Shown here one piece after another: positions 57,701-64,000 of a stretch of 64,000 bases of DNA. The DNA lies in IMG/VR virus record IMGVR_UViG_3300046820_000975, positions 32,001-96,000 of that record; one strand, written 5' to 3'. The notes under the pieces were generated by a model. The model searched no databases. It was given only the letters and a program-made list of their open reading frames with translations, and had not been told where the DNA came from. The translations under genes were made by a program, and so were the position numbers. The stretch comes from a virus. The number at the start of each line of letters is the position of its first letter. Position 1 is the stretch's first letter.

Positions 57701-57868
57701 GAAACAACTAACAAAGATTTAACTTCTGAAAGTTTAAATACGCTTGCAAAATTAGTTATGGAAAAAGCTACAGAATTGCAACAAGATACCACAAAAAGTA
57801 GTAACTTAGTAGTGGATACTTCCTCTATTTTAGATATGATAAAGGACGTACATTCTTGTAACCAATAA
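51725..57868 (+). CDS. Giant polyvalent ejection protein: G/A-rich membrane-like helices, zincin metallopeptidase, ParB-like motif
   Basis: FHELIH plus NLDEFLAEAFTNPEFQ (zincin); FLDGNHRA (ParB/Srx-like). Confidence 0.7.
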   Translation: MADQLEPLSIQDAIKQATAPAGAQPKTNDFASSMNDVFNDANAKFTVPEDVPTSPLRAGGPGVQFYNADDAAKYQLQSDFDAWGFNPNNPANYDRMVAKEDWGSAISKGWDGLKTNFGNTYVGNFTGYGRMVDAIAHLDMSRLMDDESTMIDQAYAQKQMGNKNFVFVKPEEEDDIFGKKFVAESMQSAGFSLGTVAAFGTELLADALITAATAGGGIETFGASIAKFGARLGMETAGKAIGKGVSAVGKVAKGFTEVESLGKGALNAADKGLDVAGKLKGALTSPTIRKEVINDTFEAMTKTMAQLSNPSKIGEWSMKALEKTPLLGTGVKFGKTIRAAAKGGAGASELIGMGLGATRRVMQEYNMASTEANMEAVSSYSDTLDDMVRQYKASNGGDTPSELEFASMRNDAMKSAGANYKTNMSVLLAMNSLQFGNVLNKYGSANKFIRDFMMEGAEDVLAVEGKRILKQGAKEVVKEGVEQAGKQAAKEGVKEAVEQGVKQSFTKLYEKGALGTLGLVGQISRDFGKKEAAYQLGRSFVRNFAKFEALEGLQENIQEASGKAWRDYYAAKHDTAVKTIYDTFSDAIGDQMSKQGFRTFLSGALGGVLSHGPSMIINKTIAKAAEGANSLNYRNDPSQNPATQAQKALKENIANLNAMFEQTSSSTIDKSLFNFANQIHAGKEMTQAAAKNQQYEFTNGRDNALLSAVISAKQTGTVDVLARSFREMGNNMTAEQFENNFGISLSDTKYNSVEDFTNSIGDDIEKYSESIDDVKRNVGDLANPNLYKVGSKEYYLAIHKRRTQEEAVNIISYNMLRGEMTAERVQQLAQEVRANPVLAHSADYVMRVLHNGENLDAEIGNVQSEVTILNEQLKGEGLDPKLKADLEKQLELKKEHLVDLKIWQSYFDKSARKRTAGKESAVEYTSGKFVGKGKKSTFDDQGKLVQEFEPTSEELNDPEVLARFKKLLVNLNNQAGISVQMTDAQAREALSKVTDISRLNNDAKEYMQSVDVLYNPEAFEYATSRMLDGEIKFKINATLKQLSESTDNSIAMIILGYQITDPNEQRAIAQEVFDAVQKSNEYTKLIALIVDPNLGYQSGTYANELFQSLFKKLTDKVREISNRYDKSGATDISDTDYEAFKKDGTVPEDVKQRIAQMLYDRNPLTDKMKEVYDKHKEDIDKMVDALEEEFKRKRDAARGQKIYDNSANSYEGQASKRLYVMENDRRFAEDIEKYYETRDGQVGSLKEMVQKAIENPLTHPYIKEGLKKLVDKIGDDALVKFDSKQTIAPGYYDPKEHLVVLDPELVNSGNVSFEAVMFHELIHYFTSRELNKDTEFTQKIEKMYANAKVFMMANNISTNYYGMSNLDEFLAEAFTNPEFQSQLNKIPGDQGKTMWQSFLDALTKFLKEALNVNVTPSMLTDVMKAVQEFIDDPTYNGAVEFLKNKGLTDAEIQEFSRAEVLSIAEQEGYNKDQNPPASEDSLNKPEEIIPELQQAAEGLTGQETGAVAEIIPPTDSENMTAEEIERQATSLAENDVKENTEALERLTGKGQVGSTVTDVASNEMSGAPDMSQLLAGKLGAGATVNVPIKNGLVQITINDNNVYKEAYVFNVKDGVIVKATHVTRFKNSTEPTADKKTQVANPIETYNNLASNPAYKVDVRDDDKVKETPAQQTTTPDIQAKKAEIEKRREQEIKENVQLLDVNDVRRPNGAIGTQGFDPSTMKDLVKFISGKMGFAIPSELLDKKTDKLKPLIDYIIENQDIKAKILDYITSNPSEISVMPDDSIQFLDGNHRANLLNIIGSAVIPVINQTSKKQIDSKYDAELAALNTESTGEAAIALDEKVSTAPVVTGNIEVKGTEETGLQVVDTQTNTTVAKDIENLDEANKIAQSFNNSVSDVEVAKQILDKLMNGSATPEAIVAFCESAKNSLRSYNNMNKTDLKTLSEYANTPKGMELLTNLAKKKLGIQETKKKTAKVEKKETAAQPDLFNTTNETTNKDLTSESLNTLAKLVMEKATELQQDTTKSSNLVVDTSSILDMIKDVHSCNQ

Positions 57869-57892
57869 TTGCAAATCTGAAAGCATTTTTCT

Positions 57893-60800
57893 ATGTCTTG
57901 TGAAACGCAGATAAGTAAGTACACTCACATTGTACAAGCCTTATTAACTCAGAACTTTAATGTATATAAGAGTTTTGACAACGCTGTTAAGTTTATTCTT
58001 TCTTCAGACTTAACACCTGAAGTAAAGAAATTAACTATTCATAACTTTGCTTACATATATGAGCAGTTAGATAACATAGTAAAAGCAAGTCCAGAAGTTA
58101 AAACATCTTATCTTGATATTGAAAATACAGATAAGGTAAAAGAAGCTGTGCATCTTTTAAATGATACTGACCTTTACATTAAAGCAATGGAAGGTATCTT
58201 TAAAATTAAAGCTACTTCTCCAGTAACAGTTGAAGATATTCAAAAAGGGATTGATGATTTAACAACCCTTAAATCAATCAATCGTGCTACTGATCTTGCT
58301 GGTCCAGAAGGCATCTTGGCAAAGATTAAATCTTATGTTGAGAATACTGCATTTGAAGATTTGGGAATGCGTAATAGCTTTGTACAAAGTTCAATTGATG
58401 CTCTTATTTCTGCAATTAATTATTTTACAGAAAGTCCTGTATATAACAATGGTTTAATTACTTATGTAAGATCAGAATTAAGCAAGCTTTCTAAGACAAG
58501 TGAGTATGTTCCTATTTCAGCTATTAAAGATCTTGCTGAGGTTAGTTTAAACAATATGATTGTAACACTTACTAACAAAGAAATGTTAGAAGGTTACCAG
58601 CAAGATGATAAAGTATTTGTGTTTCTTCCAGATGGTACTGTTGAAGAAATGGACAAACGTTATATTAAAAGTATCAAACCAGCTTTACCTACATACTCAA
58701 ATGATATTGGTAATGGCTTGTCATATTTTACTAATGAGCAATTAGATTCTTCTTTAGAAATGCGTCCTTCTGCTAATGGATATGCAGAAAGAAATGCATT
58801 TAAAAGTCGTTTAGAATCAATGGCTAATCCACAAGGTCAAGTTTCTATTCATGCTGTTAGATTAGGTGCTGCTGATAGACGTGTTGAACGTATGCAACAG
58901 TTATCTAAATCTGATCCTAACTATGTTCAGTTAGCAAATCGTACACATGAAACTTATGAAACTGAAAGTCAGATTAGTAAACTTAAATCTGGACCAAATG
59001 AAGTAATCTTATCTGTTGCACGTCCTACGTCAGAAGATCAAGATATTGCAATCACTGGTGTTCTTTCAGAAACAGGAGATATCTTTAACATTTATTCAAC
59101 TGACAACTATACATTTGTGTATAGTAATAACAAGACTGTTAAGGTAGATTTTACCAATCCTGATCACAGAGCATTGGTTAAACAATTAGCTGTAAGATTA
59201 GTAGATAATAAAAAGATTGAATTGACAGATGCAGACTTAGCTAAGTTGGCAGATGCTCAAAGTAAGTATAATGCTTTTAAGAAGGATGTAATTGAAACAC
59301 ATGGTGAAACTTTAAAATTAAATCCATCTGTTGATATCAGTGATATCTTTTACAAACACTATTCAATTTTACCTTCATCTAGAACAACCAAAAAGCAACC
59401 TACATTAGCTGAACAAATGGAAGCTGATGATCGTTACTCACGCTCATTAGAAATCTTTAAGCGTAATGCAGATGGAACTTATACTCCAACAGGTTCTAAA
59501 AAAATTCCTTTTGTATATACCAAATGGAACAATAATAGTGCATCGCCATTTATGCTTAACAGCATGTTGGCATCTGATGAAGTAATTTTTTATGCTGGTT
59601 CTTATTATTCACATGATGAATATGCGCGTGATGTTTTAAAATTAAACGCACGTGAATTAGATAAATTAGCTCAAGCAACAAAAGGTACAGAAAACAGTAC
59701 TGCACTTGTAATTAAATTTGATGCTAAAGGTAAAATGACAGTTGATAATCTGATGAGGATTAAGCCAATGGCTGAAGCTGAACATTTTGCTTTGTTCATG
59801 ATTAACTTTGGCGAGGCTGTAACAAAATCAAATCCTAAAGAACGTGCTGAAGCTGTTAAAGATTTAAACTTTAACAAGTATACATTCAAATCACGTAGTT
59901 TAAGTACAGTACTTGGTGGTGGTACTTTATATTTTAATATCACAACTGAAGGTTCTGGGTTTACTCCAAGCATATCATTAAAGTATACAGGTTCAAATCC
60001 TGATATGCTAAATATAAATGATAGCAGAAACAGTTTTTCTGTTCCTTTACCTTTAGGGTTGATATCTAAAATGCATGATACTTTCATGGGTAAAAATTCT
60101 GACTTATTAAAACAAGTTCAGAATGAAAATGAAACATTAAAAGTATATGATTTAAGTACAAAAGAAGGACTTGAGTCTTTCTATATGGCATTACCAGTTC
60201 TTGCTTCAAACAATACATTAGGTGCAAAAGGACGTAGCTTAATGACAAAGATTGCTGAAGCTAATACTGTCTTTGCTAAAGGAGTTGCAACTAATTATTT
60301 TAATGAATTAAGAAAACGTGCTGAAGCTGAAAAAGCAGCAAGCACAGAAGAAGATACCTCTGGTGAGAAAATTGTAGGCAACGTTTTAGCAGTAATGCAA
60401 AAAATGATGAGTGGTCTACAAGTAGAAGCAATGCTTGCAGAAAGTGATGGTAATGGTAATTTCCATCCACAAGTTGAATTTACAAATGCTAATAGTAGTT
60501 CTTACAAATCAGCATTTATGACTGGTGGTAATAACTTTAGATTAGTTAGTGCGCCAACTGTAACTCAACCTGTTATTGTATCTAAAGGATCTGTATTACC
60601 ATATTCTGGTAAACCAGTTGTTGAACCTGCACCTGTTAATGTAACACGTTCAGAAAAACCTACAGCTACTCAAGAAGTACCTACAACTCAAATTAAAACT
60701 GAGGAAGCTAAGACAGAACCTAAAGCTCCAGTTAAAGTTGGTAATAAAACTTTTACAAACAAGAACAATCCTTTCTCTTTAGCTAGTACTAAAGAAGGTG

Positions 60801-63800
60801 TGAGTGCTTCTAGTGAAGCAGAAATACAAAGTGCTGTGTCATTGATTAAATCAATCTTGCCACAGTTTGATATTAACCTAGAAGATATGTCAGATGTAGT
60901 TGATTTAACTGCAATTGATGGTAATGTCTTAGGTATGTATAAAGACAAAGTTCTTTATTTAAATGAGAAATTGAAAGTTGCTGGTGTACTTTACCACGAA
61001 GCTTTCCATGGTGTATTTAGACATTTAATGAAGTATGAAAACCGTCGCGCTTTATTAGATGCTGTTATTGGTAATGCACGTAACAAGAGTAAGTTTACAG
61101 AAAAAGCGTTACTTGAATTTGGACGCAAACGTAACTTACAATTAAGTTTAAGTGAGTTAAGAGATTTAGCTGCAGAAGAAATCTTAGCTGATGGGTTCAA
61201 AGAATATTTAACTAAGAAAACATCTACAACAAAAAAGAGTTTATTGACTAAGTTCTTTGAACTTCTTAAGAAGGTTTTAAATATGTTTAGTTCATCTAGA
61301 AAATTGATTGAACAAACATACGAAGATATTGCTACTGGTCATTACAAGCATGTTGCTATTCAATCAGGTATGTATGATGGAAAAGCTGCTTATGAATTAG
61401 TAGAAGGTATAAATGAGTTATCATTAGATAACCCTGCTAATCCTGAAGATGTTTCTTACAAATCTAAAAGTTTAACTGTTGACCAACAAAATCAAATGAT
61501 TTATATGGTCACAAGACATATACTTAATGACAGTCGTTCTGTATCATTTGATGAAAAGTTTGATGCAGCAACTAAGTATATACGTGAAGAAGTTTACAAT
61601 GTTGATGCTATTGCTAGTAAATGGCCAGGGATGGATGTTACTGCATTTAAAGCTAAATATGGTAACTTATATTCTCAATACCAGTTCATGTTAGGTGGAC
61701 GTATGTTTGGTATGAATATCAATGATATTAACTCAACAGGTCTAGAAGAGAATAACAATATCGTTTTAGAAAACACAATTACAAATAGTGAAGGTGAGTC
61801 CATTGATAACACAATGGGTCAGTTCTCTTACAATCAAGTTAAACAGATGGTAAGTGAACATATGAAGAACCTTAACAATGATGTTCTAGAAGATGAAAGT
61901 GCCAGTGTGTCAACTGTGATGGGTGAAATGAATGGTGACAATTCAGAATTAACTGGTGATGAAAATGCATCAGATACAAATGACGAAGTTTCATCTGATC
62001 AATATGATAAGAATTTCTATGAGATAAACATCTTAGATTCTGCACCTACACAATTCCGCAAGTTTTTGTCAATGATTCAACGTGATGTATTTGATCCTGA
62101 GTTAGGATGTACAGTACCTCACATGATTGATGCAAACTACATGATGCCTATGTTGCTTACGTTGTCTTCTGACAATGTTCCAGCAGACATCGTAGACAAC
62201 TTATACGTGCGTGCAGAACAAATGCGCGACAATGGATACATTACTCATGCTGATGATGTCACTGCTGTTTATAATGCAATTAAAGAATTGCCACAGGGAT
62301 CACACATGCGTAACATGATTATTGATACTCTACATGCTACTCAGATCGGGTATTTGATGTTCAATGTAACATCACCTACTGTATATAAGACAACAGCTGA
62401 GGAAGAGTCAAACATGTTAAAAGACAATAAACTTAAGGTTACTTTACAAGATCGTATGACTGCTAACACAGCGCGTGAGTATAAGAATGGCCTTGTGTCT
62501 TCTATGATTCTTGAGTACAAGAAAAATAACAATCCTAAAAATCGTGCTGCATATGATGAGAAGATGAAGGATTTAAGATACTTGTTAAGTGATATAACTA
62601 ATACAAAAAACATTCTTGGTGAAAGTAATCCATCTGCACGTCTAGATGAGTTTACTAACGAGTTGCATAAAGGTTTAGTTAGCATTGGGTTAAGTATTCC
62701 AAAATCAATGTTGAAACTATCAATCATTGGTATTGAAATGCAAAACAATAATCGCAAGGATATACTAAGCAGATTAAGTGAAAAGCAATTAACTGAATAT
62801 AATCTTGATAGTAATTACATTCAAGAAAACTTACACTTGGAAAAATCATTCTTTGTAAGTCTTTCCTCTATTATTCAAGGTGTACTTGATACGCATGAGT
62901 CATTAGAAAAGTTATTGGATGACAAGTCATCAGCTCAATACATAATCACTTTTAATAACATTTTAAGACGTAGTTCTACTTACATGTCTAAGTATGATCC
63001 AACTGCGCCAAATACAATCATCAAAAACGCAAGTGGTAAAAACATCTATTCTTTTGTAAAGTATACTCCATTAATGACTATTGCACAAAGTGTACGTCGC
63101 AATGGTTTAAAAGCTACTTTGGAAAACGATCCATACTTTAAACGTTTCTTGAAAGACTTCATTGGAAACAATCCTATGTTGGGTGGAGTTATGACTGGAG
63201 CTACTGATGAGCAAACTAAAAAAGTAGAATTGTTTTTAAAGAACATGCAAACAGTATTGTTTGGTGGTGTTCAACAAGGCAATAATAAAATTGTAAAAGA
63301 AGGTCAAACATTTAAAGACATTGAAACTGGTTCATTAGCAATCTTGAACATTATGAGTTTCATGGATCGTCAGCGTGAATTTTCTACTGATATATCAGGA
63401 GGTACTACAGAGATTCAAACGTTCATGCGTAGCTATGGTCAGTTAGAAGCTTCACAAACAAACTTTATGGTTACTGGTTTATATGATCAGTATGTAAACG
63501 ATAAAGGTGTAGTTGATAAATCTAAAATTAGTAACGCTTTACTTGGAGTTATTAAACAAGAGTATGAGCGTATTAGAAAAGAGTATGCTAACCGTGAAGA
63601 AAACAAAAGAACTCATGGTACAACTGATCTTGCAACTGGTGAAGTAGTAAACAATGTTATTAATAACTACAATGGTAAATTAGGTGAAGATCGCGTATCA
63701 ATTGATACTGATTCTAATAGTTTACGCGCATACACTTTTGGTAAGTTAGCTGATTTCTTTAATGATAAAGATGACGTAAAACAATCATTGATTCAAAGTG

Positions 63801-64000
63801 CAAAAGAAAACAAAGAGTTTTCTGAGAATGATTTAAAATCAATTCAAGAAGCACTTGGAACATATGCTGAAAACATGTTTAAAAAGCATGTTGACAATTT
63901 AGTACGCAAAGGTGTAGTTAAAGTTAATACCTACAGACAAGCAAAAACATTTGGTGTATCTGGTAAAGCTGAAACATTTTTTACTCAAGGTGCTGGTGGT
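57893..64000 (+). CDS. Giant protein (>2030 aa, truncated at the window end) with a zincin domain; probable virion RNA polymerase polyprotein
   Basis: ATG at 57893 (MSCETQ). The same frame is in register at YHEAFHGVF (~60992), EEILAD and the window end. It is absent from the ORF track, consistent with having no stop codon. The RNAP call rests on synteny; no DxDxD motif is seen in the window. Confidence 0.65.
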   Translation, partial: MSCETQISKYTHIVQALLTQNFNVYKSFDNAVKFILSSDLTPEVKKLTIHNFAYIYEQLDNIVKASPEVKTSYLDIENTDKVKEAVHLLNDTDLYIKAMEGIFKIKATSPVTVEDIQKGIDDLTTLKSINRATDLAGPEGILAKIKSYVENTAFEDLGMRNSFVQSSIDALISAINYFTESPVYNNGLITYVRSELSKLSKTSEYVPISAIKDLAEVSLNNMIVTLTNKEMLEGYQQDDKVFVFLPDGTVEEMDKRYIKSIKPALPTYSNDIGNGLSYFTNEQLDSSLEMRPSANGYAERNAFKSRLESMANPQGQVSIHAVRLGAADRRVERMQQLSKSDPNYVQLANRTHETYETESQISKLKSGPNEVILSVARPTSEDQDIAITGVLSETGDIFNIYSTDNYTFVYSNNKTVKVDFTNPDHRALVKQLAVRLVDNKKIELTDADLAKLADAQSKYNAFKKDVIETHGETLKLNPSVDISDIFYKHYSILPSSRTTKKQPTLAEQMEADDRYSRSLEIFKRNADGTYTPTGSKKIPFVYTKWNNNSASPFMLNSMLASDEVIFYAGSYYSHDEYARDVLKLNARELDKLAQATKGTENSTALVIKFDAKGKMTVDNLMRIKPMAEAEHFALFMINFGEAVTKSNPKERAEAVKDLNFNKYTFKSRSLSTVLGGGTLYFNITTEGSGFTPSISLKYTGSNPDMLNINDSRNSFSVPLPLGLISKMHDTFMGKNSDLLKQVQNENETLKVYDLSTKEGLESFYMALPVLASNNTLGAKGRSLMTKIAEANTVFAKGVATNYFNELRKRAEAEKAASTEEDTSGEKIVGNVLAVMQKMMSGLQVEAMLAESDGNGNFHPQVEFTNANSSSYKSAFMTGGNNFRLVSAPTVTQPVIVSKGSVLPYSGKPVVEPAPVNVTRSEKPTATQEVPTTQIKTEEAKTEPKAPVKVGNKTFTNKNNPFSLASTKEGVSASSEAEIQSAVSLIKSILPQFDINLEDMSDVVDLTAIDGNVLGMYKDKVLYLNEKLKVAGVLYHEAFHGVFRHLMKYENRRALLDAVIGNARNKSKFTEKALLEFGRKRNLQLSLSELRDLAAEEILADGFKEYLTKKTSTTKKSLLTKFFELLKKVLNMFSSSRKLIEQTYEDIATGHYKHVAIQSGMYDGKAAYELVEGINELSLDNPANPEDVSYKSKSLTVDQQNQMIYMVTRHILNDSRSVSFDEKFDAATKYIREEVYNVDAIASKWPGMDVTAFKAKYGNLYSQYQFMLGGRMFGMNINDINSTGLEENNNIVLENTITNSEGESIDNTMGQFSYNQVKQMVSEHMKNLNNDVLEDESASVSTVMGEMNGDNSELTGDENASDTNDEVSSDQYDKNFYEINILDSAPTQFRKFLSMIQRDVFDPELGCTVPHMIDANYMMPMLLTLSSDNVPADIVDNLYVRAEQMRDNGYITHADDVTAVYNAIKELPQGSHMRNMIIDTLHATQIGYLMFNVTSPTVYKTTAEEESNMLKDNKLKVTLQDRMTANTAREYKNGLVSSMILEYKKNNNPKNRAAYDEKMKDLRYLLSDITNTKNILGESNPSARLDEFTNELHKGLVSIGLSIPKSMLKLSIIGIEMQNNNRKDILSRLSEKQLTEYNLDSNYIQENLHLEKSFFVSLSSIIQGVLDTHESLEKLLDDKSSAQYIITFNNILRRSSTYMSKYDPTAPNTIIKNASGKNIYSFVKYTPLMTIAQSVRRNGLKATLENDPYFKRFLKDFIGNNPMLGGVMTGATDEQTKKVELFLKNMQTVLFGGVQQGNNKIVKEGQTFKDIETGSLAILNIMSFMDRQREFSTDISGGTTEIQTFMRSYGQLEASQTNFMVTGLYDQYVNDKGVVDKSKISNALLGVIKQEYERIRKEYANREENKRTHGTTDLATGEVVNNVINNYNGKLGEDRVSIDTDSNSLRAYTFGKLADFFNDKDDVKQSLIQSAKENKEFSENDLKSIQEALGTYAENMFKKHVDNLVRKGVVKVNTYRQAKTFGVSGKAETFFTQGAGG

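Noticed and set aside
52180-63246. Many minus-strand ORFs opposite the giant genes (e.g. 52180-52845, 57328-57924)
   Set aside because: These are antisense shadows caused by the codon bias of the plus-strand genes.
1-64000. Stop-codon reassignment (TAG/TGA), known in some crAss-like phages
   Set aside because: Long genes are intact in code 11, TAG and TGA end genes at sensible positions (e.g. terL TAG at 17410, ATGA overlaps), and no suppressor tRNA is seen.

Overview
The window is a 64-kb piece of a Bacteroidota-infecting crAss-like (Crassvirales-related) podophage genome in the standard genetic code. Positions 1-11.4 kb lie on the minus strand and hold a MoxR-type AAA+ ATPase, a GH73 glucosaminidase, many small hypothetical genes and phoH. 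From ~5.5 to 10.2 kb these genes form cassettes of the form stop - hairpin - CCAAACACCC motif - A/C-rich leader - ATG. That stretch also contains a perfect parS palindrome, two copies of a covarying H-type pseudoknot and a ~480-nt hairpin-dense non-coding locus. Positions 11.5-64 kb lie on the plus strand in the typical crAss-like late order: GroES-like protein, tRNA(CAU), wHTH and HU/IHF-like proteins, Zn-finger, PD-(D/E)XK nuclease, large terminase, portal, scaffold-like protein, major capsid protein, ring proteins, ferritin, Cys-rich fibre-like proteins, metallophosphoesterase, muzzle protein, then very large putative cargo/ejection proteins. Three consecutive cargo ORFs are punctuated by a repeated YGG-x-x-K/R-F-x-x-GG motif that separates discrete modules, including a beta-barrel-like segment and a peptidoglycan-binding domain. 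The last ORF (57893 to the window end, zincin motif) is probably the virion RNA polymerase polyprotein, but its catalytic motif is not visible here. All functional calls come from motif recognition and synteny, with no database search.
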